This document shows positions 1-7,365 of a stretch of 32,181 bases of DNA, in pieces (within the stretch, counting starts at the first letter, position 1; each line of letters begins with the position of its first letter). Where the stretch lies: the IMG/VR virus record IMGVR_UViG_3300005512_000195, positions 1-32,181 of that record; one strand, given 5' to 3'. The notes below the pieces were generated by a model that worked only from the letters and a program-made list of their open reading frames with translations, did not search any database and had not been told where the DNA came from. Source of the DNA: a virus. The translations under genes and the position numbers were made by a program.

Positions 1-123
1 TCGTAATAGTGAAGCCAAGTACAAAGCATGGCATAAGCAAAGTGTAGCAGATACTGTAGCAACTATGTTGTTTGAAAAGATATGTTACTCAGCAAGACCA
101 ACAATAGATGGTAAGCACTACAA
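1..123 (+). repeat. Terminal overlap copy 1 (identical to 32059-32181)
   Basis: Base-by-base comparison of tcgtaatagtgaagcc...ggtaagcactacaa at both ends gave 123/123 identical. It lies inside a coding frame. Confidence 0.97.
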
Positions 124-346
124 TGCAACGCAGGTATACAATCTTGAAAGACTATGGTCACAATACAAAAGCGAGATGGGTCGCACAGTATGGAGTCTGT
201 ACAATACAGTAACACACTGGGCATCACACCCAACAGAAGTATCACGACCAGAAAAGACTAAGGTTGAACGTAACAATGCGTTCACTAAATACTTACAACA
301 CAACAACAATATATTTATTGACACACAGGAGCTAATCAATGTCTAA
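1..346 (+). CDS. DUF932-like protein, C-terminal part (continuation of 31511-32181 across the circular junction)
   Basis: Position 1 is codon position 3 of the frame opened at ATG 31511, and the listed ORF 65-346 is in that same frame. The joined product is 297 aa. The stop is TAA at 344-346. Confidence 0.65.
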   Translation, partial: RNSEAKYKAWHKQSVADTVATMLFEKICYSARPTIDGKHYNATQVYNLERLWSQYKSEMGRTVWSLYNTVTHWASHPTEVSRPEKTKVERNNAFTKYLQHNNNIFIDTQELINV

Positions 347-509
347 TCAATATTACGAACAACTATTAGAACAAACATATGAGAAAGTAGCTGATATGTC
401 TGTTGATAAGTTCATGTCTATGTGCGAAGAATATAAAATAGAAGTAGAAATAATAGATAGTATAGCACAAGAACTAACATACAAACTAGTGGAGGCTAGA
501 AGCGAATGA
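339..509 (+). CDS. Hypothetical small protein (56 aa)
   Basis: It is below the ORF-track cutoff. AGGAG at 327-331 sits 7 nt before ATG 339. The start overlaps the upstream stop, and the end forms an ATGA overlap with the next gene at 506. Confidence 0.55.
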   Translation: MSNQYYEQLLEQTYEKVADMSVDKFMSMCEEYKIEVEIIDSIAQELTYKLVEARSE

Positions 510-763
510 TTACATACACAACAAAAGAACTTAAGTTATGCACAGAGTTTTCTCGTGTATCAACACCTGAGAATTACAGATCTATGTATGAACATTTGGT
601 TGAGGTTGCAAAGCCTAATGCCAATGAGAACGCAGAGATTTGGGTAAACAAAATGACAGTCAAGACCACAAAGATGTGGGAGAAATGCAATGCAGATCAG
701 CTTGATGACTCACATGAGTTGTGGCTTGATGAACAACTACGTAAACAATATTTAGTTTCCTAA
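506..763 (+). CDS. Hypothetical protein (85 aa)
   Basis: GGAGG at 491-495 precedes ATG 506. The gene is followed by a 114-nt structured gap. Confidence 0.65.
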   Translation: MITYTTKELKLCTEFSRVSTPENYRSMYEHLVEVAKPNANENAEIWVNKMTVKTTKMWEKCNADQLDDSHELWLDEQLRKQYLVS

Positions 764-768
764 GGGAA

Positions 769-835
769 GCTGCTTACTAGTGCAATCATTATGTCCTCCT
801 ATGCCTAATGATTGGTTGCCACACTAGTAAGTAGC
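769..835 (+). other. Extended imperfect palindrome / RNA stem-loop (14-bp outer stem plus 9-bp inner stem)
   Basis: 769-782 gctgcttactagtg pairs with 822-835 cactagtaagtagc (one G-U). 783-791 caatcatta pairs perfectly with 806-814 taatgattg. There is a 7-nt bulge at 815-821, and the 14-nt loop tgtCCTCCTatgcc spans 792-805. Confidence 0.7.
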
Positions 836-845
836 ATAAATTAAT

Positions 846-877
846 GGGGGATAATAGGGAGGATTACCCCCCTTTTT
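846..877 (+). terminator. Rho-independent terminator-like hairpin
   Basis: GGGGG(a)TAAT at 846-855 pairs with ATTACCCCC at 863-871. The loop is AGGGAGG, and TTTTT follows at 873-877. Confidence 0.6.
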
Positions 878-889
878 ATGGAGTATAAT

Positions 890-1111
890 ATGGACAAACT
901 TTTAGAACAAAGACGACAAGGTTATCTTGCCTACTTCAAAGATGGAGTAGCTGATGGATTAATGTATGGCGAAAGAGATGAAACAAAAACGTTTTCAACT
1001 TATTATAAACAAGGTTATGATTATGGTTTGACTTTGTATGAACAACAAAACAATCAACCAAATGAGGTAATCTATAAAACATGGGAGCAAAGAAATGGAA
1101 GAAAGATTTGA
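890..1111 (+). CDS. Hypothetical protein (73 aa; alternative start ATG 878 gives 77 aa)
   Basis: GGAG at 880-883 sits 6 nt before ATG 890. ATG 878 directly abuts the terminator T-run and has no usable SD. Confidence 0.6.
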   Translation: MDKLLEQRRQGYLAYFKDGVADGLMYGERDETKTFSTYYKQGYDYGLTLYEQQNNQPNEVIYKTWEQRNGRKI

Positions 1112-1268
1112 AGATATATCACCAGAGCTAGATGAACTTGATCGTGCAGGTCATGTAAAGATACAGAGCTATTATGATTTTTATCAGGCAATGTTATTCT
1201 ATCCTGAAAGAAATGATAAGCTACAACCTGCAGGTATGAAGTCGACTGATAGAAATTATCAGTACTGA
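1095..1268 (+). CDS. Hypothetical small protein (57 aa)
   Basis: It is below the ORF-track cutoff. GGGAG at 1083-1087 sits 7 nt before ATG 1095. The 3' end forms a TGATG overlap with the next gene at 1268. Confidence 0.5.
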   Translation: MEERFEDISPELDELDRAGHVKIQSYYDFYQAMLFYPERNDKLQPAGMKSTDRNYQY

Positions 1269-1498
1269 TGACACCTGAACAAAGGTATCAGTACAATAAA
1301 ATAATAGACACACTTATCAAGCAAAGAAAAGATCAAGGCCTTACTATAGAAAAGTTAGCTATGGAAATAGGTACTGATACAAAAACTCTTGGTGATTGGG
1401 AGAGAAAAAATAAAGAGCCAAGACTATTTAACTTGTTGTGTTGGTGCGAGGCATTGCAAGTTTACTTAACTGCAACATTAAATGATGGAGAATTTTAA
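1268..1498 (+). CDS. Xre/Cro-like helix-turn-helix DNA-binding protein (76 aa)
   Basis: The segment GLTIEKLAMEIGTDTKTLGDWERKNKEPRLFNLLCWCEAL has the typical HTH_3 pattern (helix, turn, recognition helix, then WE.G...P). Confidence 0.6.
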   Translation: MTPEQRYQYNKIIDTLIKQRKDQGLTIEKLAMEIGTDTKTLGDWERKNKEPRLFNLLCWCEALQVYLTATLNDGEF

Positions 1499-1668
1499 TG
1501 GAAAATACATTAAACGATAAAATAAATCTAACTGATGAAGAGTGGATGGCTATATCAGCAACTGTAAAATTTATTCAAAGAAAATTTTATAATGATGATG
1601 ATGATAAAAGAACTAATACTTATAAAACATTAATAAGTATTAGAGATAAGATAATAAATGCCCAGTAA
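1498..1668 (+). CDS. Hypothetical small protein (56 aa)
   Basis: It is below the ORF-track cutoff. GGAG at 1487-1490 sits 7 nt before ATG 1498, with a TAATG overlap upstream. It overlaps the next gene by 11 nt. Confidence 0.5.
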   Translation: MENTLNDKINLTDEEWMAISATVKFIQRKFYNDDDDKRTNTYKTLISIRDKIINAQ

Positions 1669-1969
1669 AAGCAAAATCAAAGGTAACTACCACGAGAATT
1701 GGTTTGTAAAACTATTCACTTCATGGAAGTTACCTGTAAAAAAAGTACCACTATCAGGTAGTCTTGGTGGTGAGCATACTGGTGACATCAAGCTAGTAAT
1801 CAATGGCAAAGAATATGTTGTTGAGATTAAGTATAGATCTGTTGATGGATTCCCTAATCCTTTCAAGGTGTTAGAGAATAGAGATCTTGCTATATACAAA
1901 CGTAAGAATGGTGACCCTAAATGGGTGGCTATAATTCCAGATAAAATATTTAAGGAGGTAATAAAATGA
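1658..1969 (+). CDS. Hjc-like PD-(D/E)xK Holliday-junction resolvase / small nuclease (103 aa)
   Basis: E13 ... D43 (GDIKL) ... E56-I-K58 (VVEIK). The spacing matches the archaeal-type Hjc catalytic tetrad E..D..ExK as I remember it, and the size fits. Confidence 0.55.
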   Translation: MPSKSKIKGNYHENWFVKLFTSWKLPVKKVPLSGSLGGEHTGDIKLVINGKEYVVEIKYRSVDGFPNPFKVLENRDLAIYKRKNGDPKWVAIIPDKIFKEVIK

Positions 1970-2142
1970 TATGCGTAATATGCCACAAAGATATTGAGCC
2001 TGATAAAAATGATGATGGCGAAATTATTTGGGATCAAGGTAATAGTGCAGAGCCTATTGATAAGGGTAGATGTTGCAATAAATGTAATGAAACTATTGTA
2101 ACTCCTGCAAGATTAACTGAAATAATGTTAGGTGAAAAATGA
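1966..2142 (+). CDS. Small zinc-ribbon protein (58 aa)
   Basis: It is below the ORF-track cutoff. AGGAGG at 1953-1958 sits 7 nt before ATG 1966. The CviC...CCnkC cysteine pairs (MICVICHK...GRCCNKCNE) are present, and there are ATGA overlaps at both ends. Confidence 0.55.
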   Translation: MICVICHKDIEPDKNDDGEIIWDQGNSAEPIDKGRCCNKCNETIVTPARLTEIMLGEK

Positions 2143-2411
2143 AATATTTAACTGAAGATTGGCAACCAAGTTCAACAATTAAACAACAACTACTGGAGGT
2201 AGATCACAATGAAGAAACTAAATACTTTAAATACTTCAATATCAGAAATCAAGTCAGACGAGAAGACTGGGATAATGAATATAAAAAATGGTGTGCAAGA
2301 TCAAAGACTCGCAGACTTAGTTCTAACGCAACAAAAAGAAATAACACCAAGCAGAGCAACAACACTAACAGTTTCTTTGCTAGAGTCCATGCTGAACTGC
2401 GTAATAAGTGA
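2139..2411 (+). CDS. Hypothetical protein (90 aa), overlapping the next gene out of frame
   Basis: An ATGA overlap with the upstream gene and AGGTGA just before ATG 2139 support it. However, 203 nt overlap the better-supported 2209 frame, and the C-terminal half is low complexity. Confidence 0.4.
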   Translation: MKYLTEDWQPSSTIKQQLLEVDHNEETKYFKYFNIRNQVRREDWDNEYKKWCARSKTRRLSSNATKRNNTKQSNNTNSFFARVHAELRNK

Positions 2412-2856
2412 ATCAGTTACAGCAGAATATGATTTCAAAAGATGGGTGCTACCACGTGGTAACATATTCAGTGGCACTATCGAAGAACAAAAAGAACAAC
2501 ACAGAAAAACTATTAACTTGATGAAGAAGCTAATGGTTTGTGCCGATCAATCAACTATCGAGAACTGGATCATGGAAGTCTTGGTTTGTACTACTGCACA
2601 AGCAAGACTGACAGAGGCAGACTTGGCTTTGAAGTGCAGGGTATATGCTAACAAACTATCGCATATTCCTGCTGACATACTCAAGGCTGCGTGTGATGAG
2701 GTATGTAGAACCAGTACATTCTTTCCTTCACTAGCTGAGTTCATTAAATACACAGACAAATCTTATATAAGACGTGTCCAATTAGTAGATAATATACTCA
2801 GTAAAATAGAAACTTACTCAGATAAAAACGATCATAATAATTATTTAAGTGCTTGA
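2209..2856 (+). CDS. Hypothetical protein (215 aa); possibly a replication organiser or loader-associated protein
   Basis: GGAGG at 2195-2199 sits 9 nt before ATG 2209. The C-terminal LSHIPADILKAACDEVCRTSTFFPSLAEFIKY recalls the FP(S/T)(I/L)AE motif of phage helicase-loader/organiser proteins. This is a weak assignment from memory only. Confidence 0.6.
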   Translation: MKKLNTLNTSISEIKSDEKTGIMNIKNGVQDQRLADLVLTQQKEITPSRATTLTVSLLESMLNCVISESVTAEYDFKRWVLPRGNIFSGTIEEQKEQHRKTINLMKKLMVCADQSTIENWIMEVLVCTTAQARLTEADLALKCRVYANKLSHIPADILKAACDEVCRTSTFFPSLAEFIKYTDKSYIRRVQLVDNILSKIETYSDKNDHNNYLSA

Positions 2857-2914
2857 TTTATTTGGTAAAATAGATTAGGCTGATAGCAACTAACTTAAGA
2901 ACGTGGAGGTCAAT

Positions 2915-3754
2915 ATGGAAGTTAGCACAATCAACCCTACCCAATCACCACACATTGAAGACTTTATTCGTGGCTCGGACATGATTGATATTATGAATGG
3001 GAACTGGAATAAGTTATGGAGAATCAAGAAAGGTTTGCAAGGCAGACCTGATCTGTCTTTCCAATTCAATGTGCAACTTGGATTAGCCACAGAAGATTTT
3101 AATATCAAATGGGCTGAAGATAATTATATGCTGAAGTTTAACAAGCAAGCCAAACGACAATTACAATATGGCTTAATTAAACTTACAGGTACACTTGATG
3201 GTTTCTCAGGTACTAACTCTGAAGATGAGATTGAGTACATTGGTATCGAGTGCAAGCATACATACTCCTACAATACTATGGATAAGATGCTTGAATATTA
3301 TATGCCACAACTACAGTTCTATATATGGATTGCCAAACTCAACAAGATAATATTCTCTGTTATCTTTGGTAATCAATGGAAAGCAGTAGAGGTATACCCA
3401 TCAGAAGAATACTTAGATGGTATGAAAGAACAAATCAAATTGTTTTGGGAACACATAGTTCACAATACAGAACCTGATGATTTAGACTACAACACACAAG
3501 ATCTACGTAACAATGTAGTATCTATTGATGGTGTGCCTATCAACAAGATGACTGCACGAGATGCATCACAAAGCAATAGCTTTACAGAATACACACAACA
3601 ATACTTGCAACATGAAGATGCTGCAAAAACATTTGAGGCTGCAAAGAAAGCCTTGAGAGAAGAGATCAGGCCTAATGAAAGGGAGGTATACAACGACCTG
3701 ATATCAGTAAAGAGAGACAAACGTGGATCGGTACGTGTAACAAAGAAAGGGTAA
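2915..3754 (+). CDS. YqaJ / lambda-Exo-like recombination exonuclease (279 aa)
   Basis: GGAGG at 2905-2909 precedes ATG 2915 (the track's GTG 2903 is unlikely). PD-(D/E)xK elements are present: GSDMIDIM, GLATED, DG...IGIECKH and PQLQFYIW. It sits next to ERF. Confidence 0.75.
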   Translation: MEVSTINPTQSPHIEDFIRGSDMIDIMNGNWNKLWRIKKGLQGRPDLSFQFNVQLGLATEDFNIKWAEDNYMLKFNKQAKRQLQYGLIKLTGTLDGFSGTNSEDEIEYIGIECKHTYSYNTMDKMLEYYMPQLQFYIWIAKLNKIIFSVIFGNQWKAVEVYPSEEYLDGMKEQIKLFWEHIVHNTEPDDLDYNTQDLRNNVVSIDGVPINKMTARDASQSNSFTEYTQQYLQHEDAAKTFEAAKKALREEIRPNEREVYNDLISVKRDKRGSVRVTKKG

Positions 3755-3801
3755 GCCGATCACTACTTACCCTTTATTATCTATAACATCTGGAGGTCGA
3801 C

Positions 3802-4320
3802 ATGACAGATAATAAAACTAATATCAAGAAAGCAGACTCAAGTAAAGTATATAACCTAAAGACTGCTATGCTTGAGTTTCAAAAACTATCCATCAGTGCA
3901 AGCAAAGATGGTAAGAACCCACACTTTCATAGTAACTATGCTACTTTGGAAGCTGTAATAGAAGCAGTAAATCAAGGTAATCAGTTTGGTTTATTCTTTA
4001 CCCAAGAAATAAAATTTCGAGATTTATATGACAGTAATGAAGAATTAAATCAAAGTACTTTATATCCGATTGTACGTACTACTGTACATCATGTAAATGA
4101 TAACAATATATTTGTATCTGAATGTCCAATCTTACTGCAACCTGCTTCACTACAGAACCCACAAAAACTGGGAGCAGCCATAACCTACTTAAAGAGATAC
4201 ACTTTGCAGAGTGTGTACGGATTACCATCTGAAGATGACGATGGTAACTTGGCAAGCAAGCCTTCAATAAAAACTGGAAACAGTAAATCATCACAAGGAG
4301 AACATGACGATGGATTATGA
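3802..4320 (+). CDS. erf: ERF-family single-strand annealing protein (172 aa)
   Basis: The ERF hallmarks are present: KNPHFHSNYATLEAVIEAV and GAAITYLKRYTLQSVYGL. GGAGG lies 5 nt upstream of the ATG. Confidence 0.8.
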   Translation: MTDNKTNIKKADSSKVYNLKTAMLEFQKLSISASKDGKNPHFHSNYATLEAVIEAVNQGNQFGLFFTQEIKFRDLYDSNEELNQSTLYPIVRTTVHHVNDNNIFVSECPILLQPASLQNPQKLGAAITYLKRYTLQSVYGLPSEDDDGNLASKPSIKTGNSKSSQGEHDDGL

Positions 4321-4708
4321 TAACACAGACAGAGGTAGCCTATTCAAACCACGAGCAGATGAAAGTCTGCTTGTCCAAGGCAAGATGGATAGCAATCGTA
4401 ACGAATACAGAATTGTAATTATTAAGTCTTCATTGCCTGATGGCAAGATTGCAAGAGATGTATATCAAAAGGTTGGTACTATGTACGAAAACGAAAAGAC
4501 AAACGAAAAAGCACCTGACTTCTCAGGGCCAGTACAATTCAATGGTCAGGAGAAACGAAGAATGGCTGCTTGGAAAACTGTATCAAAAGATGGCAGTACT
4601 AAGTTCTTGTCTTGTCGTGTCGGTGACTCAACACCACGTAGTGACGGATTCAGTAACAATCAAACAATCGATCATCACATAGATGATGATGTAGAAATAC
4701 CATTTTAA
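4310..4708 (+). CDS. ssb: Single-stranded DNA-binding protein, non-canonical body with an acidic DDDVEIPF tail (132 aa; alternative start 4304)
   Basis: The C-terminal DDDVEIPF matches the SSB protein-interaction tip D-D-D-I-P-F. AGGAG at 4296-4300 sits 9 nt before ATG 4310. The gene follows Exo-ERF. Confidence 0.65.
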   Translation: MDYDNTDRGSLFKPRADESLLVQGKMDSNRNEYRIVIIKSSLPDGKIARDVYQKVGTMYENEKTNEKAPDFSGPVQFNGQEKRRMAAWKTVSKDGSTKFLSCRVGDSTPRSDGFSNNQTIDHHIDDDVEIPF

Positions 4709-4720
4709 TAGGAGGTAAAC

Positions 4721-4864
4721 ATGAAATATAAATTTATTGTTTGGGTAGGTGCTACAGATAATTACCACACCAAATATCGTGAAGCTATCCAAGAAGCAAA
4801 TGATTGGATAGCCAAAGGATATGATGATGTAAAAATTGAAATAATAAATTGGAGAGAATCATGA
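4721..4864 (+). CDS. Hypothetical small protein (47 aa)
   Basis: It is below the ORF-track cutoff. AGGAGG at 4710-4715 sits 5 nt before ATG 4721, and the end forms an ATGA overlap with the next gene. Confidence 0.5.
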   Translation: MKYKFIVWVGATDNYHTKYREAIQEANDWIAKGYDDVKIEIINWRES

Positions 4865-5304
4865 TAGGCAAAGCTAGAAACACAGATCCAAGAACCTCAC
4901 ATGAGGCTGCACAAAGCATGGACACTAACAGACTAGAACGTATCGTACTAGATGCCATCAAAGCACATGGCAAGAATGGTGCTACACACGACGAGGTATG
5001 GGATTACCTGCACCAAAGCAAAGGTAATCCCCAATACCGAGAGGGTAGCATCACACCAAGATACAAACAACTGGAAATGAAAGGACACATCTTCACAAAT
5101 GGCACTACTAGAAAAGGTAGGGCAGGTCGTGGGCAACTAGTTAGGTATTTAATTGACCACAAAATAAATGCACAAGATATTCATGATGCTGTTTTGTTAG
5201 AGCAAGAAGAAAAAGATTACCAAGATGGCATGGCAAATCTACATGAAGATGCTGCTTGGTACAGACACGAGCAACATTTAGAAAATATGAAGAAAAACTC
5301 TTGA
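4861..5304 (+). CDS. Winged-helix DNA-binding protein (147 aa), last gene of the + arm
   Basis: GGAGAG precedes ATG 4861 (the track's TTG 4849 is unlikely). The N-terminal NTDPRTSHEAA...LDAIKAHGKNGATHDEV...ITPRYKQLEMKGHI...GRGQLVRY is a recurring phage wHTH pattern. Confidence 0.6.
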   Translation: MIGKARNTDPRTSHEAAQSMDTNRLERIVLDAIKAHGKNGATHDEVWDYLHQSKGNPQYREGSITPRYKQLEMKGHIFTNGTTRKGRAGRGQLVRYLIDHKINAQDIHDAVLLEQEEKDYQDGMANLHEDAAWYRHEQHLENMKKNS

Positions 5305-5313
5305 TTTAAGAGG

Positions 5314-5346
5314 CATACAGTGGGGGTAAAGCACCCCTGCTGTATG
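5314..5346. terminator. Hairpin at the convergent junction of the two arms (candidate bidirectional terminator)
   Basis: catacag/ctgtatg (7 bp) plus gggg/cccc, with outer aggcat (5311-5316) pairing to atgcct (5361-5366). There is no clear T-tract on either side. Confidence 0.45.
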
Positions 5347-5366
5347 ATTGTAAGCAAACAATGCCT

Positions 5367-5813
5367 TTATGTCTGTATGTCTTTCATACGTTGAACAAGA
5401 CGCATTGCCCTATTTGGCACTTGAGTTGCCCATTTAGATGCAGTCATTTCGTATGCAGCCTCAAACCAATCACGTTTATCGACTGCTTCTTTCATCTTTT
5501 TAAAGTTAGATAGTCTTGGCCTACCCATATTAAACATCATGTTGGCTATAATATGTTGTGCATCTACAGGTAGTACATCAAAGTCTTCATAAAGTTTTTT
5601 ACATTCTTGTATTGTTACGTGTATATCTTGGGTAAGACAGTTGTTAACTCTTTCTTCTGATACAGGAGTACCCACAGGCTTTCCATATTCTTCATCCCAT
5701 TCTGTAATCAGATGCCCTACTCCCATAGTAGGCAGTCCTAAATGGTCAAGATAGATTTCGTGCTTGATGCCCTCGTCTATAATGATTTCTTTTTTAAATT
5801 CCTCCATATTCAT
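5367..5813 (-). CDS. T4-type lysozyme (GH24 endolysin, 148 aa)
   Basis: It aligns by eye to T4 gene e. IIDEGIKHEIYLDHLGLPTMGVGHL matches the E11/D20/T26 region, NMMFNMG matches NMVFQMG, and KRDWFEAA...SKWATQVPNRAMR matches KRWDEAA...SRWYNQTPNRAKR. Confidence 0.9.
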   Translation of the reverse strand: MNMEEFKKEIIIDEGIKHEIYLDHLGLPTMGVGHLITEWDEEYGKPVGTPVSEERVNNCLTQDIHVTIQECKKLYEDFDVLPVDAQHIIANMMFNMGRPRLSNFKKMKEAVDKRDWFEAAYEMTASKWATQVPNRAMRLVQRMKDIQT

Positions 5814-6205
5814 TTTGTCAATCCCTTTTGTTTTTCATATGTTCTAAGTCCACCTAAACCTAACATACCCATCAATACTGTCATCAATGAACCCATGTCA
5901 AATGTAGGTAACTCAGGTATAGCAACTCCGATATATGCACACAAGAATATTGTTACTGGTGCTAATACAAAATGCCAACACAAAGCTATGCCACAAGTCC
6001 AACCTATGAATGGTCTCCAACCTGCAACAAAAATAGACTTGTGCTGTGCCTCTGCTTTGTTGATCTCAAGCTGACCCTTAGCTAGTTCTTGTGCATGATT
6101 CTCAGCCATTGTTGCCACCTCATGTGCCAACTTATTCTTCATGTCCTTGTCTTCAATGAACTTGCCAAGTAAATTACTTACTGGCCCAATCAATGCTGTT
6201 AACAT
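5810..6205 (-). CDS. Membrane protein, probable holin (3-TM, GTA/DUF3154-like; 131 aa)
   Basis: EINKAEAQHKSIFVAGWRPFIGWTCGIAL followed by further TM segments resembles the 'holin of 3 TMs, for gene-transfer release' family as I recall it. An ATGA overlap links it to the lysozyme gene. Confidence 0.6.
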   Translation of the reverse strand: MLTALIGPVSNLLGKFIEDKDMKNKLAHEVATMAENHAQELAKGQLEINKAEAQHKSIFVAGWRPFIGWTCGIALCWHFVLAPVTIFLCAYIGVAIPELPTFDMGSLMTVLMGMLGLGGLRTYEKQKGLTK

Positions 6206-6414
6206 TACTTGTCTCCCTTATGCTCGTGACCCATCCATATACCAAACACACCTGTCATTACACCCATGACTACAGATACAAATGCTGACTGTGCTCCAGT
6301 AGGATTATCTAAATCCATAAACCATTCAGCACATCTCCATGACATAACTGTACTAGCAAGCATCATACATCTAGGTAGTATCTTCCATTTAAGAAACTGT
6401 TCAACTGTAACCAT
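6205..6414 (-). CDS. Small two-TM membrane protein (69 aa), holin/antiholin candidate
   Basis: It has two hydrophobic segments and a charged C-terminus (HEHKGDK), with TAATG overlaps at both ends. Confidence 0.55.
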   Translation of the reverse strand: MVTVEQFLKWKILPRCMMLASTVMSWRCAEWFMDLDNPTGAQSAFVSVVMGVMTGVFGIWMGHEHKGDK

Positions 6415-6611
6415 TAGTACACCTTTACTTTATCTGTATCTACAAAAGGTACGAGTTTACATATACATTCATATGTTTGTGGCTCATTGCCTTTCATAAA
6501 TGTTTGGTTATCTAATATGTTCTTGTAATGTATGCACACGTTCACACTCTTAAAGTATATACCACCATTAACAATACCATTTAATGTGCAAGCAAGTAAA
6601 AAGGCTGTCAT
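6414..6611 (-). CDS. Small 4-Cys protein (65 aa); weak lipobox-like N-terminus
   Basis: The N-terminus is MTAFLLAC and there are four Cys in total. An ATGA overlap links it to the upstream 251-aa gene. The leader is too short for a confident lipoprotein call. Confidence 0.5.
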   Translation of the reverse strand: MTAFLLACTLNGIVNGGIYFKSVNVCIHYKNILDNQTFMKGNEPQTYECICKLVPFVDTDKVKVY

Positions 6612-7363
6612 TTGGCTATACTCCTAAGACTTTCCATAACCTTGTCTATGCTAGGCTCTTCACCATTAGGATTAAAAACACAGCGATATTGTTTAGGGCA
6701 ACCAACTCTTATATCTGTAAATTCTAATTCAAATGTGGCATTAGCTCCTTGATAAATACAAGCCATTTTATCTTTAAAAACTTGTTGTTTCTTTAATCTA
6801 CAAGTGGTCATTTTAGGTGGTGTTATAGTGCCATTATTTAACTTTTGGTTTCTTGTATAATCTTTAGGTGCATTGTAAATTTTACCTTTTGCGAAAGCCT
6901 TTACACCAAAAACTATCATAGCCATTAATAAACCAATGATGATAAACCCATATGCAACCCATTTAATAACCTCTAATATTTCCTCTTGTTCTTTTTTGGC
7001 TTTTATTCTAGCTTTTTTTTGAGCTTCTTTTGCTTGGTTAATTCTTTCTGCTCTTTCAGCTAATATAGAATCCCAAGCAGTAGGGCCAAACCTTAAATTT
7101 ATTAGCTGTTTTAATTCGTTTCTTTTTTCTTCTAATAATTTTCTATCAATAAAATCAGATGCAGAGTTTTCTACAGAACCAAATTGTTCAGCTATAGACA
7201 TGCCTTTGCCTTGGCCTTTATTCATTTGCTCTTCGCCTAGAAAAAAACCATCAATCTGTTTGGCTATGTCTTTAATGTCGTTTACAGTACCTATGTTGCT
7301 CTTTATGAAATCTACTGACTTTTGGACTAGAGCTATACCAGTAAGGATTTCAGCAACTACCAT
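6608..7363 (-). CDS. Bitopic membrane protein: N-terminal coiled-coil, central TM, C-terminal 4-Cys domain (251 aa)
   Basis: A KE-rich helix (EEKRNELKQL...AKEAQKKARIKAKKEQEEILE) is followed by the TM WVAYGFIIIGLLMAMIVFGV, then TTCRL...MACIY...GCPKQYRCV. Confidence 0.7.
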   Translation of the reverse strand: MVVAEILTGIALVQKSVDFIKSNIGTVNDIKDIAKQIDGFFLGEEQMNKGQGKGMSIAEQFGSVENSASDFIDRKLLEEKRNELKQLINLRFGPTAWDSILAERAERINQAKEAQKKARIKAKKEQEEILEVIKWVAYGFIIIGLLMAMIVFGVKAFAKGKIYNAPKDYTRNQKLNNGTITPPKMTTCRLKKQQVFKDKMACIYQGANATFELEFTDIRVGCPKQYRCVFNPNGEEPSIDKVMESLRSIAK

Positions 7364-7365
7364 AT

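Noticed and set aside
1-123. Interpreting the 123-nt end identity as a biological direct terminal repeat like that of T7.
   Set aside because: The repeat lies in the middle of an intact reading frame and has no flanking non-coding context. This is far more consistent with circular assembly overlap.
4440-4682. An 80-aa + strand ORF nested out of frame in the SSB gene.
   Set aside because: It has no SD and is fully contained in a gene whose own frame ends in the diagnostic SSB tail.
6414-6611. Calling the 65-aa protein an o-spanin lipoprotein on the basis of LLAC.
   Set aside because: Only 7 residues precede the Cys, there is no positively charged n-region, and position -2 is atypical. I kept it as a hypothesis in a finding, not as an annotation.
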